Shown in pieces: positions 25,474 through 37,826 of a stretch of 64,000 bases of DNA. Under the pieces are notes generated by a model, which saw nothing but the letters and a program-made list of their open reading frames with translations, did not search any database and was not told the DNA's origin. Numbering within the stretch: position 1 is the stretch's first letter; each line of letters begins with the position of its first letter. A program made the position numbers and the translations under genes. The stretch is taken from assembly GCA_050575255.1 (NCBI GenBank), contig JBNZDD010013510.1, positions 908,924 to 972,923 on the forward strand, in the 5' to 3' direction. This stretch comes from Harriotta raleighana. Its lineage: Eukaryota.

Positions 25474-25710
25474 TTCCTTGCATTTGATATAGCGCCTTAT
25501 CATGTCTTCTAGATGTCTCACAGAATATACTATAAAGTGAATCGACTGTATATTCGTGGGTGAAATGCAGTATTTCTTGAATAAGTTTCCAAAGCATATC
25601 TTAGTAATAATGATTCTTATATTTGATTGCAGCCTCTTTCACATTGGAAGGATGTTTCAAAGCGCTTCACAGCTTTTCTTTATGGTGAAGTGACTGTGTG
25701 ATTTGTGGGT
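25474..25710 (-). mobile_element. Two adjacent SINE 3' fragments
   Basis: tccttgcatttgatatagcgcc... (25474-25572) and taataatgattcttatatttg...aaagcgcttcacag (25604-25710). Confidence 0.7.
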
Positions 25711-25889
25711 TTATTTGATATCTGTTTTTTCCTGCATTTCTGGCTTCAGTCACCAAACATTGGAAAATGAAACTGAAAACACGAAGAATTGTTTTGCTAA
25801 TTTCCACAAAGAGTGGAAATGTTCAATCGTGTGAGCGATCAAGTACAGATAAATGAAAAATTGCTGTGTTTAATATAAGCATGTTGTTT

Positions 25890-25965
25890 CCACTAGATGT
25901 CAGCATATGCACTCACAAAAAACCCAGCAGCAGGTCAACAAAGCATGCTAACACCATCTAGTGGC
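25890..25965. promoter_or_regulatory. Convergent pair of CTCF motifs
   Basis: CCACTAGATGTCAGCA (+, 25890-25905) and reverse-complement GCCACTAGATGGTGTTAGCA (-, 25946-25965). Confidence 0.55.
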
Positions 25966-26140
25966 ATATGAGGAGTATTTCTAATTGATGTCATTGGAGA
26001 ATTACAAAAGAAAAATGAAACATTGTCTTTCTTTTTGATATTGATCGAGTTGGTAAAATTCCTGTCTTATAATTGACCCTTAAAGAGCCTAAGATGGGGC
26101 AACAGTTTGTTTCATGCAATTTTGGCTGATTTTGAGGTTG

Positions 26141-26270
26141 TTGAAGGGTCGTGGACCCGAAACGTTGACTCGCTTTTCCTTTCTCCATAGATGTTGCCTG
26201 ATCTGCTGATTGTTCCCAGCGACTTCTGTTTTTGTGTCAGATTTCCATCATCTGCAGTATTTTGCGTTTT
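26141..26270 (+). mobile_element. Penelope-like terminus with partial hammerhead
   Basis: tgaagggtc-gtg-gaccc-GAAAC-GTT-gactc...tctccatagatgttgcctgatctgctga...catctgcagtattttgcg. Confidence 0.7.
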
Positions 26271-26516
26271 CTTTTTGGCTGATTTTGAAGTCCTTTAAAG
26301 TTTCTGTTCGAACACCTCACACCATTTAGGTTTTTCCATTTTAAATTGCAGAACTGACTGTTTTTTGGTGTCCTGTTGTGTGCATTGCAGAGCTATCATT
26401 TGGTTGTCTAATAATTATAATCCTGGCATTTGATGTTCTAGCCCATTACTGGAAAACATTAATAGCTGAGACTGGTGGTATTGTTTGGGTAAGTCTCTAA
26501 ATATAATAATAATGCA

Positions 26517-26615
26517 GTAATAATAATCCTTGCATTTTATATTGACTTTATCAAGTCTTCAAAATGTCACAAAATATTCTGTAAAGTGAACTGACTGTAC
26601 ATTTTCTGGGAGAAT
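26517..26615 (-). mobile_element. SINE 3' fragment
   Basis: taataatccttgcatt...aatattctgtaaagtgaactgactgta. Confidence 0.65.
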
Positions 26616-27655
26616 TGTAGTTTTAAAACTGCAAAGGGATATCCAATTTAATGCATAGTGACATATGATATTTCCCTTAGTGACTTGAGCCAACACACAC
26701 TGAGTTGCCTGATCTATGATGATACATCAAGGACATATTCTAAAGATTGACTACACTTGTTAAGATTCAGTCAGTTATTCACGGGTCTTCATTTTCTGAC
26801 CCTGAGGATTAGTTTTGCACTTTGCAGTCTGGCATTATGAAGGAATGGGGCAAGATGTGTGGAATCTCTGTTGATGGCTTGTATTGGTGAGCTCGATAAG
26901 AACTTTGCAGAACTTCTCCCTGTTTTGCGTTTAGTGTGACTGGCACTTTGGGTCATAGCTGTAGGTAGCTGTCATCCACGCTAGTCTCAGAGGCTCTGTT
27001 AAACATAGTAAATCTGGATTTGAAATATCTCACAAAAAGATGAAGATTCTGTGGTCAGGTTGGTGGTGATAATTGCAAGAACACATCATTGAAGAGAAGA
27101 CAGAACACTCTCCTGTACGATGACAGAAGGTTTCAGCATCCTAGAGGCAAAGGCATCAGGCAGTAAAATGTTAGCATCCAACCGCCCCCGATTCATAATC
27201 TCTCAATGTGGGAGTTGGATTGTATTGCTTCCTCCCAAAGACAATCTCCAGGCATCTGTGCAAACACTCGCAAGGATAACATGATCCTCGTGAGATAGAA
27301 ACGTAAATACATCTCACATCGCACCAAATAAAACAATGGTGTTATTGTAGTGTAAAGTTTCCATGACGTAGCGCATCTTTGCATCTAACGTTTCGTATTC
27401 TCCAAAGCGGATTTACAGAATTAGTAGCAACGTGTGCCATCCTCCCTCCAAACACACAGTGGGGAGCAAAAAGGCAGCTGTACGCAAGTGATAGTAATTA
27501 GAACGTTTATTACATATTTGCTATCATTTGGGTGATGATCACAATATTAAGCAATTGTTATCCTTCAGGATTAGTTCAATGTCTGCGAGATAGCTGGGAC
27601 TTTGCTGCTTCTGTTGGATTTTCTTTTTCAAACTTCACATGAACTATAGAAATAC

Positions 27656-27680
27656 TGTGTGTGTGTGTGTGTGTATATAT
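27656..27680. repeat. (TG)n(TA)n microsatellite
   Basis: Direct observation. Confidence 0.9.
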
Positions 27681-27681
27681 A

Positions 27682-27830
27682 AATTGAAAATCTGGATCTC
27701 TGAAATAAAAAAAATTCTGGAAATTCACAGCAGATCAAATCTGTTGGGTCCTAGTGTAGAGTCATGCCTAAAACGTTAACCAATTTTTCTTCGTCAGATG
27801 CCAATGGATCTGCTGTGGATTTCTGCTTTT
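27682..27830. mobile_element. Highly degenerate inverted Penelope-like terminus
   Basis: gaaaatctggatctctgaaataaaa..ctggaaattcacagcagatca on the left; aaacgttaac..cagatgcc..ggatctgctg on the right. Confidence 0.45.
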
Positions 27831-28029
27831 ACGGGGAACTCTCACCGGATTAGATTTTCTCTGATTTCCCTGACCACTTCAAGGGCACCATCTGTGTGAG
27901 CAAGCTGTTGCTCTCTGCTTCCCCTTTTGCCAGAGCGCACATGGGTTTGTTGGAATCGTGGATACTGATGTGTTGCTAGATGGCTAGATGCTGCCAGAAA
28001 CGGCTTTCAGCAAATAAACTTTTGAGGTT

Positions 28030-28084
28030 AACAACAACAACATTACATTTGTATAGTGTCTTTCATGTCGAGAGGACATCCCAA
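28030..28084 (-). mobile_element. Solo L2 hairpin plus tail
   Basis: acaacaacaacattacatttgtatagtgtctttcatgtcgagaggacatcccaa. Confidence 0.8.
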
Positions 28085-28212
28085 TGGATTAAAAGGGACC
28101 AATCTGGCCTGGTAATACAATCTTGAGCATACCAATGGGAGCCCTGATTGCCTTATGAGCTTTATTATATTAATACTGTACATGTCTTTGTGGATTATTT
28201 AATAGTTCCAAT

Positions 28213-28288
28213 TCAGCGCCTTGGGACATCATCCTCCCGACGTGAAAGGCGTTCTATCAATGTAATTTTGTTGTCGTCTTGTTGTTGT
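28213..28288 (+). mobile_element. Solo L2 hairpin plus tail with putative 12-bp target-site duplication
   Basis: cagcgccttgggacatc...gacgtgaaaggcg...gtaattttgttg, with gattatttaata at 28193-28204 and 28290-28301. Confidence 0.8.
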
Positions 28289-28637
28289 AGATTATTTAAT
28301 AACACCATGAACAGTACTGGATGCAATATCAATCCCCTCTTCACCTACCCAGGAAATATTTTTTTTCGTCATCTTTCTCACATAACTTAGGTAACTATAA
28401 GTGGTTTAAAATACAAGCGTGATATGTTGTCTGGATTGCTGGCAAAACGTATTGTATGATATTCTGTATGATAGTCACTTACAGTATTTGTGAAATAGTA
28501 ACCTTGAGATTCTACTGTTCCTGTCATGCAATTCCCGCTGACAGGAATTCTAATGGGATTCCTTATACAGATTGCAAATGATGTTCAAAACCTCAACTGA
28601 AAGCTAATAAGGATTATTTTTGCGTATGAACACTTAT

Positions 28638-28920
28638 GGGGTGAAATTCCACCTGAATGTGTTGTTATTTATAAAATGTCCAGAAGTTCATAAATTCTAA
28701 AATACGAAATCCATTTTGAAGCCAGTTTACTGTATGTGCTTTCAGTAATTGACTTCAAAGTTAAGACTAAAGTCGGCAATTCGCCAAATTCCAGACATTA
28801 TACATTATAAATAATGTAATATATAATAAGAATATATCATTATTATACCAGATATAAATTTTAAATGCAAAAAGGGCAACATAAATAAAATAATTCTATA
28901 TCTAGGTGGAATGTCTCCCT
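28638..28920. mobile_element. MITE-like element with GGGGTGAAATTCC-type terminal inverted repeats
   Basis: ggggtgaaattccacct versus reverse complement of aggtggaatgtctccct (14/17 match), AT-rich interior. Confidence 0.5.
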
Positions 28921-30009
28921 TAGACTAATTTGTTTAAAAATTGATAATTTGGTAGCTGTGATTTAAAAGAGGTTTAGAATGCACTGTGTGTGACTGGTGT
29001 CCCTTCTAAGAAGCATCATGAAATAATACGCCACATCAGGCCTCCTGGGAAATCTATCAAAGGCCTCCACTTCAATTTCAGTGTTACCACAGTTGCTTGT
29101 CTCTATCTGTATATTGATGAAAACATATATTGGTTCCAATGCCAGAGAGTGCAATCATGCACTATCAGTCATTCACTGAGGCAGTATCTGTTTGATCTCC
29201 AGAGATAGATATCATGTTTCTTCTTAGCAGCGTCTCTCATTCTTGCTGCCTGTTGCTGACAAAATAATTCTTCTCATTTGCAGTCCTGTTGAAGATATTC
29301 GTACAGTGTATGGTTTTGTTGCTGTTAGCTGAAAAGCCAAGTAAAAGGAGTTAAATAGGTTCTGCTTCATGTTGGTTTTTACATTAGCTGTAGTAACAAT
29401 TGGATGCTGCTAAAGCAAACTGAATCCAGGTTGAGGGTCTCGCAAAATAGATTCTGTTTCCTGTGACTGGCCACCGAGAGGTGCTTGTGAGCAATTGGAC
29501 TCACCTACGACCATACGCTGGGAATGATACACAAGCCAGTGAAGACCAGTCAGTGATATAATGTTTCTAAGGATAAAGGAAACAGGAGTGTCAGTATAGA
29601 GTAGACCAACGTTTTACCTTTTTAAACAATGTTTACATTTAAAAGTGGTTTGGATTTGGCTACAGAAATACCCCCATTTCTACTCCAGCCGATGCCATTG
29701 CTTGGATCTAAAAATCAGGGATTTGGACAACAGCCTCAATGATGTGATTTGATGTGTAATTTGTGTTGATTTAAAACTAAAACTGCGGTGTAATTCATTA
29801 TTTTGTTCCTGCGCTGGCCTCCACCCATCCTCGCGACAGTAGAAATGAGAGCAGCACACTAAGGATTTGACCTTTGCGACACTAATTCTTGCTGTTGATG
29901 ACCCCTATATGATGAAATACAGCTTGGGCCATCTGGGATTGTTTGTGCAATTGATCTGAGGGAGAGTGTAATAGAGAACATAAATTCAGTGCAAAACGTT
30001 TGATTACGT

Positions 30010-30180
30010 CAAGGAAGCAGAACAAACGGACACAGATTCAGGGATATGAAGGTCAATTTGGGGACAGGACGCCAAGAAGAAATTCTTTACACAGAGGTTA
30101 TTCTATCTCTGGAATGGGGCATAAGAGAGGTCAGGACAGTGGGTTTATTTTAAGAATCAGTATGATGTTGTTTTGGGAAG
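30010..30180 (+). mobile_element. Old CR1 ORF2 C-terminal fragment
   Basis: agaacaaacggacacagattc...agaagaaattctttacacagaggtt...tggaat corresponds to RT.GH.F...FFTQRV...WN. Confidence 0.6.
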
Positions 30181-30624
30181 GAAGCAATCAGGCTTTATTC
30201 ATCCATACCTCACACCTGATCCTGTGAAGGAAAGCTAGCAACCAGGCCATTTTTTGAGGGTGGCATGAAATAAAAATGAGAATTGTTACCTGCAATTGAC
30301 TAGGCTTGTTATACGATGTGTGCTGATTGGCAGCTCTGGGTAATGTTTTTGAATGCATCTGCAAAGCTTTCAGTGTTTTCTCCTTGAAGTCACCGTTCGG
30401 TTATGTAACTGCTTTGTTAAACTCTAAACAATGATGAAACAAGCTTGAGAGGAACAATCTGATGCTTCAAAGAGAAACTAAATGTCACCTTGAAAGGCTA
30501 GGGTGCATTTCTCAGCACTTGCACATCTGAAATATCTATAATGAGGTTTGAGGACTTTCATCAAGGCAGTTAGACCAGAGTTTAGATGGCAGTTAGGCCA
30601 GAGTTTAGATGTACAGTATAAAGC

Positions 30625-30850
30625 TCCTCAGCTCATCTGATCTCATTTTCCCAGAATACCCACCGCTACTATCTTCCCATCATAGCGTTAAACTGTTCCT
30701 TGAATGAGTCCAGAATCCTGGCCTCAACCATCCTTCCCGTCAACTTGTTTCAGTCATTAATTACCCATACACATTTTTTTTTTAAAAAGCCTCCTGAGAA
30801 GATCTGGCTTTAAATTGTCTTTTGGAGTTCCTCTTGTTCCACAATCAATT
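30625..30850 (-). mobile_element. CR1-like 3' end
   Basis: Reverse complement homologous to 45600-45690 and 38990-39090 (gggtaattaa..tgaaac..ttcaaggaacagttt..gctatgatgg..atgagatcagatgagctga). Confidence 0.55.
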
Positions 30851-30954
30851 TTTTTTAAAATTAGGCTTCATGGATTTTATTGACATATTCAAAATGGGCA
30901 GGATTAGCAACAAGTTTAGCAAGTGTCCATTTGAGCATTATATACTTTACATTT

Positions 30955-31020
30955 AACAATAACAATAAAATTATATTTGTATAGTGCCTTTCACATTGGA
31001 AGGATGTCCCAAGGCGCTGA
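30955..31020 (-). mobile_element. Solo L2 hairpin plus tail
   Basis: aacaataacaataaaattatatttgtatagtgcctttcacattggaaggatgtcccaaggcgctga. Confidence 0.8.
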
Positions 31021-32204
31021 TTTGATCTTATTTCTAAATAATTTTAAGTATTTGTAGCATTTGTCTCATCCTACCCTCTCCCATACCCATATAAAATACA
31101 ATTCTCATCCAATGCACACAGCTGGAGTTAGTTATTGAAGTGTAACCTGATTAAATATTCACAGAGTTACAAGAAATAAAATCCAATTTCTTCATTCCTT
31201 ATAAATTATTTGTCAGATTTGAGCCAGTTATGTTCATTAGGATAGTAAATGTACCAGACGTGTGCAGTTTTATCCTGATTCTGTACTGATCAATTGGAGC
31301 AGCTTGTCACTGCATTGTAGAATCAGACATCACTCTCTCAGACAAATGAAGCACTTTGAAGGCTCCTCCTGACAAAAAAGGCTGTATATAAAAGTACCTC
31401 ATTGTTGTTGAATGCATTATTTAATTTGTGATACAATTTAGCGAGCATTTTTCCTCTGAAAGCATTGTCTTTAATTTTAAATTAGATGTTTTTATATTTT
31501 CTTTACTCCGGGGCACATTTTATTTGACTCACCAGAACCTATTAGAATGCCTCATGGGCCATACATGATCGCTAGCAACATACTTGTGTTTTAAAAAATG
31601 CCTGAAGCCAACCAGGTGAGCAACATGTAGTTATTCATCATATTACTTAAATATATGAGTGAAAAAACTGTGGTGTTGATACATACAGTCGTGCAAACAT
31701 CACAATGCTTTGTCCAAGTGGCCAGGCTTTATGTTTGGACAAGGTAGTCAATGCCAGGATTTCTCATTCTAAACATGTAACAAACATTTAACTTATTCCA
31801 TATTCACTCTCTGCAGAGGCGAGGGTGTTACCAACTGAGCCAAGGTGATGCTTAGGTGTGGAATCCACTTTCTTGCTGAAGAAGTCACTATGATAAAGAG
31901 GCCTGAATGAAAGAGAATGTATGTGACGAAAATATCTCTGTCATACAGAAAAATTTCATCTGGGTGTAGATTTATCCCATTGATGTAGCATTTTAGGATT
32001 TAGTCTAGAATTTAGCAAATTGTTGAACTCCATCGAAACTTTGACAATTTGATTTCTTTCAATGAACTTTCAGAAAATGAACGTCCAGATTAAGTCTGTG
32101 TTTAAGAATTTAAAATTCTGGATACGCTGAAGTGGTGCATAAATAGAGTAAATCTCGACCTAGGTAGAATATCTCACTCCCATTACATAAAATTGTATCA
32201 AAGA

Positions 32205-32345
32205 TTGTAAAACCCGCCCTTTATAACAGGCAATATTACACTTTTTTTTTTAAAAAGTTATAATTTGTATAGTTTTAGCTCTTCAGGCTCGCCCAATAGA
32301 AAACTCCTGCCGCGATTTTTCTGCTATAAAGAGCGCCCTCCACTG
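32205..32345. mobile_element. Tc1/mariner (pogo/Tigger-like) MITE remnant
   Basis: Left gtaaaacccgccctttataaca versus right reverse complement cagtggagggcgctctttatagca, with a CAGT terminus. Confidence 0.45.
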
Positions 32346-32635
32346 TGAAGGAGAAATTAATAAAAATATATATTTTGCAACAATCTAATATATGTTATTT
32401 CCGTATGTTTAATTTTGATGAATAAGCTGAAAAAAAAAGGTTGTCTGTAAAATATACATCAATAGCACCAGCCAACTCACTGCAACTTCCCAAACTTCTC
32501 CGCAATCTTTGGCAAATATTTATGCACTTTTCTATTGGCCCAAGTTATTGGTTTTGTTTCCTAAACTGGATTTTTAAAAAATCTTTCTTGAGAGAGGGTT
32601 TGACTCTCTACGCTCTGCATTGGTGTTAGGAAATA

Positions 32636-32651
32636 ACACTAGGTGGTGCAC
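32636..32651 (+). promoter_or_regulatory. CTCF-like motif
   Basis: ACACTAGGTGGTGCAC; copied at +4584 in the duplication. Confidence 0.45.
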
Positions 32652-32729
32652 TAAACATACCTCAGAAAACTAAAGATGGAGCATTAGAGATTATTGCCTG
32701 CTTCAAGGATGAGAAATACGTAATAATAT

Positions 32730-32985
32730 TAGAATCGTAGAATCTTATGGAACAAAAAGAAGCCCATCGAGTCTGTGCCGGCTCTTTAAAAAGAGCAATT
32801 TAATCCCACTCCCCAGCTCTCTCCCCATAACCGCGCAAACTCAGCCTCCCCAAATAAATGTCTACCTCTGATTGTAAACTTTGAAAGAGTCAGTGACACA
32901 GAACATTCCCAGAATGTTGGGAGAGACATTTGTTCAAAGGGATTTGAATTTGTCCTACTCGAATCTCTAAATTTGAATGCCGTTC
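32730..32985 (-). mobile_element. CR1 3' end
   Basis: tagaatcgtagaatc terminal repeat followed by gcccatcgagtctgtgccggctct...cccactccccagctctctccccataacc. Confidence 0.75.
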
Positions 32986-35900
32986 AAAGAATTTAACGTG
33001 GGCTTGAGAGGGTATGGGGGGGACAACATAACAAATCCCTGCTACCCTCTGTATCATGTCTTTGTATTGTTTTACAATATCAGTAAGATGGTTATTGGTA
33101 ACCAATGATATTATTTGCTAAAATGGACAAAACATNNNNNNNNNNCTTATACAGATTGCAAATGATGTTCAAAACCTCAACTGAAAGCTAATAAGGATTA
33201 TTTTTGCGTATGAACACTTATGGGGTGAAATTCCACCTGAATGTGTTGTTATTTATAAAATGTCCAGAAGTTCATAAATTCTAAAATACGAAATCCATTT
33301 TGAAGCCAGTTTACTGTATGTGCTTTCAGTAATTGACTTCAAAGTTAAGACTAAAGTCGGCAATTCGCCAAATTCCAGACATTATACATTATAAATAATG
33401 TAATATATAATAAGAATATATCATTATTATACCAGATATAAATTTTAAATGCAAAAAGGGCAACATAAATAAAATAATTCTATATCTAGGTGGAATGTCT
33501 CCCTTAGACTAATTTGTTTAAAAATTGATAATTTGGTAGCTGTGATTTAAAAGAGGTTTAGAATGCACTGTGTGTGACTGGTGTCCCTTCTAAGAAGCAT
33601 CATGAAATAATACGCCACATCAGGCCTCCTGGGAAATCTATCAAAGGCCTCCACTTCAATTTCAGTGTTACCACAGTTGCTTGTCTCTATCTGTATATTG
33701 ATGAAAACATATATTGGTTCCAATGCCAGAGAGTGCAATCATGCACTATCAGTCATTCACTGAGGCAGTATCTGTTTGATCTCCAGAGATAGATATCATG
33801 TTTCTTCTTAGCAGCGTCTCTCATTCTTGCTGCCTGTTGCTGACAAAATAATTCTTCTCATTTGCAGTCCTGTTGAAGATATTCGTACAGTGTATGGTTT
33901 TGTTGCTGTTAGCTGAAAAGCCAAGTAAAAGGAGTTAAATAGGTTCTGCTTCATGTTGGTTTTTACATTAGCTGTAGTAACAATTGGATGCTGCTAAAGC
34001 AAACTGAATCCAGGTTGAGGGTCTCGCAAAATAGATTCTGTTTCCTGTGACTGGCCACCGAGAGGTGCTTGTGAGCAATTGGACTCACCTACGACCATAC
34101 GCTGGGAATGATACACAAGCCAGTGAAGACCAGTCAGTGATATAATGTTTCTAAGGATAAAGGAAACAGGAGTGTCAGTATAGAGTAGACCAACGTTTTA
34201 CCTTTTTAAACAATGTTTACATTTAAAAGTGGTTTGGATTTGGCTACAGAAATACCCCCATTTCTACTCCAGCCGATGCCATTGCTTGGATCTAAAAATC
34301 AGGGATTTGGACAACAGCCTCAATGATGTGATTTGATGTGTAATTTGTGTTGATTTAAAACTAAAACTGCGGTGTAATTCATTATTTTGTTCCTGCGCTG
34401 GCCTCCACCCATCCTCGCGACAGTAGAAATGAGAGCAGCACACTAAGGATTTGACCTTTGCGACACTAATTCTTGCTGTTGATGACCCCTATATGATGAA
34501 ATACAGCTTGGGCCATCTGGGATTGTTTGTGCAATTGATCTGAGGGAGAGTGTAATAGAGAACATAAATTCAGTGCAAAACGTTTGATTACGTCAAGGAA
34601 GCAGAACAAACGGACACAGATTCAGGGATATGAAGGTCAATTTGGGGACAGGACGCCAAGAAGAAATTCTTTACACAGAGGTTATTCTATCTCTGGAATG
34701 GGGCATAAGAGAGGTCAGGACAGTGGGTTTATTTTAAGAATCAGTATGATGTTGTTTTGGGAAGGAAGCAATCAGGCTTTATTCATCCATACCTCACACC
34801 TGATCCTGTGAAGGAAAGCTAGCAACCAGGCCATTTTTTGAGGGTGGCATGAAATAAAAATGAGAATTGTTACCTGCAATTGACTAGGCTTGTTATACGA
34901 TGTGTGCTGATTGGCAGCTCTGGGTAATGTTTTTGAATGCATCTGCAAAGCTTTCAGTGTTTTCTCCTTGAAGTCACCGTTCGGTTATGTAACTGCTTTG
35001 TTAAACTCTAAACAATGATGAAACAAGCTTGAGAGGAACAATCTGATGCTTCAAAGAGAAACTAAATGTCACCTTGAAAGGCTAGGGTGCATTTCTCAGC
35101 ACTTGCACATCTGAAATATCTATAATGAGGTTTGAGGACTTTCATCAAGGCAGTTAGACCAGAGTTTAGATGGCAGTTAGGCCAGAGTTTAGATGTACAG
35201 TATAAAGCTCCTCAGCTCATCTGATCTCATTTTCCCAGAATACCCACCGCTACTATCTTCCCATCATAGCGTTAAACTGTTCCTTGAATGAGTCCAGAAT
35301 CCTGGCCTCAACCATCCTTCCCGTCAACTTGTTTCAGTCATTAATTACCCATACACATTTTTTTTTTAAAAAGCCTCCTGAGAAGATCTGGCTTTAAATT
35401 GTCTTTTGGAGTTCCTCTTGTTCCACAATCAATTTTTTTTAAAATTAGGCTTCATGGATTTTATTGACATATTCAAAATGGGCAGGATTAGCAACAAGTT
35501 TAGCAAGTGTCCATTTGAGCATTATATACTTTACATTTAACAATAACAATAAAATTATATTTGTATAGTGCCTTTCACATTGGAAGGATGTCCCAAGGCG
35601 CTGATTTGATCTTATTTCTAAATAATTTTAAGTATTTGTAGCATTTGTCTCATCCTACCCTCTCCCATACCCATATAAAATACAATTCTCATCCAATGCA
35701 CACAGCTGGAGTTAGTTATTGAAGTGTAACCTGATTAAATATTCACAGAGTTACAAGAAATAAAATCCAATTTCTTCATTCCTTATAAATTATTTGTCAG
35801 ATTTGAGCCAGTTATGTTCATTAGGATAGTAAATGTACCAGACGTGTGCAGTTTTATCCTGATTCTGTACTGATCAATTGGAGCAGCTTGTCACTGCATT

Positions 35901-37719
35901 GTAGAATCAGACATCACTCTCTCAGACAAATGAAGCACTTTGAAGGCTCCTCCTGACAAAAAAGGCTGTATATAAAAGTACCTCATTGTTGTTGAATGCA
36001 TTATTTAATTTGTGATACAATTTAGCGAGCATTTTTCCTCTGAAAGCATTGTCTTTAATTTTAAATTAGATGTTTTTATATTTTCTTTACTCCGGGGCAC
36101 ATTTTATTTGACTCACCAGAACCTATTAGAATGCCTCATGGGCCATACATGATCGCTAGCAACATACTTGTGTTTTAAAAAATGCCTGAAGCCAACCAGG
36201 TGAGCAACATGTAGTTATTCATCATATTACTTAAATATATGAGTGAAAAAACTGTGGTGTTGATACATACAGTCGTGCAAACATCACAATGCTTTGTCCA
36301 AGTGGCCAGGCTTTATGTTTGGACAAGGTAGTCAATGCCAGGATTTCTCATTCTAAACATGTAACAAACATTTAACTTATTCCATATTCACTCTCTGCAG
36401 AGGCGAGGGTGTTACCAACTGAGCCAAGGTGATGCTTAGGTGTGGAATCCACTTTCTTGCTGAAGAAGTCACTATGATAAAGAGGCCTGAATGAAAGAGA
36501 ATGTATGTGACGAAAATATCTCTGTCATACAGAAAAATTTCATCTGGGTGTAGATTTATCCCATTGATGTAGCATTTTAGGATTTAGTCTAGAATTTAGC
36601 AAATTGTTGAACTCCATCGAAACTTTGACAATTTGATTTCTTTCAATGAACTTTCAGAAAATGAACGTCCAGATTAAGTCTGTGTTTAAGAATTTAAAAT
36701 TCTGGATACGCTGAAGTGGTGCATAAATAGAGTAAATCTCGACCTAGGTAGAATATCTCACTCCCATTACATAAAATTGTATCAAAGATTGTAAAACCCG
36801 CCCTTTATAACAGGCAATATTACACTTTTTTTTTTAAAAAGTTATAATTTGTATAGTTTTAGCTCTTCAGGCTCGCCCAATAGAAAACTCCTGCCGCGAT
36901 TTTTCTGCTATAAAGAGCGCCCTCCACTGTGAAGGAGAAATTAATAAAAATATATATTTTGCAACAATCTAATATATGTTATTTCCGTATGTTTAATTTT
37001 GATGAATAAGCTGAAAAAAAAAGGTTGTCTGTAAAATATACATCAATAGCACCAGCCAACTCACTGCAACTTCCCAAACTTCTCCGCAATCTTTGGCAAA
37101 TATTTATGCACTTTTCTATTGGCCCAAGTTATTGGTTTTGTTTCCTAAACTGGATTTTTAAAAAATCTTTCTTGAGAGAGGGTTTGACTCTCTACGCTCT
37201 GCATTGGTGTTAGGAAATAACACTAGGTGGTGCACTAAACATACCTCAGAAAACTAAAGATGGAGCATTAGAGATTATTGCCTGCTTCAAGGATGAGAAA
37301 TACGTAATAATATTAGAATCGTAGAATCTTATGGAACAAAAAGAAGCCCATCGAGTCTGTGCCGGCTCTTTAAAAAGAGCAATTTAATCCCACTCCCCAG
37401 CTCTCTCCCCATAACCGCGCAAACTCAGCCTCCCCAAATAAATGTCTACCTCTGATTGTAAACTTTGAAAGAGTCAGTGACACAGAACATTCCCAGAATG
37501 TTGGGAGAGACATTTGTTCAAAGGGATTTGAATTTGTCCTACTCGAATCTCTAAATTTGAATGCCGTTCAAAGAATTTAACGTGGGCTTGAGAGGGTATG
37601 GGGGGGACAACATAACAAATCCCTGCTACCCTCTGTATCATGTCTTTGTATTGTTTTACAATATCAGTAAGATGGTTATTGGTAACCAATGATATTATTT
37701 GCTAAAATGGACAAAACAT

Positions 37720-37826
37720 GATTTCTTGAGAAAGGGTGCTTAAGGGAAGGTGTGGGATAGAATTAATCTCCTTGCTCTGTGACTCAATGAGCCAAATGGC
37801 CTCCTTCTGTGCTGCCGATTTCTAAA
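37720..37826 (+). mobile_element. CR1 3' end
   Basis: gactcaatgagccaaatggcctccttctgtgctg..atttcta, a typical CR1 3' terminus. Confidence 0.6.

Larger units (their letters stand above)
28562..37719 (+). repeat. 4,574-bp exact tandem duplication across a 10-N gap (28562-33135 = 33146-37719), probable assembly overlap artefact
   Basis: Identical ORF translations at a constant offset of 4584. Both copies end exactly at the N run 33136-33145. All features inside recur at +4584. Confidence 0.93.

Noticed and set aside
29504-29530. 5S rRNA-like start (cctacgaccatac)
   Set aside because: Similarity ends after about 13 nt and there is no internal control region.
30563-30611. Short tandem duplications (23 bp x2 here; 21 bp x2 at 2588-2625)
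   Set aside because: Ordinary slippage duplications with no spacers, so not CRISPR-like or otherwise patterned.
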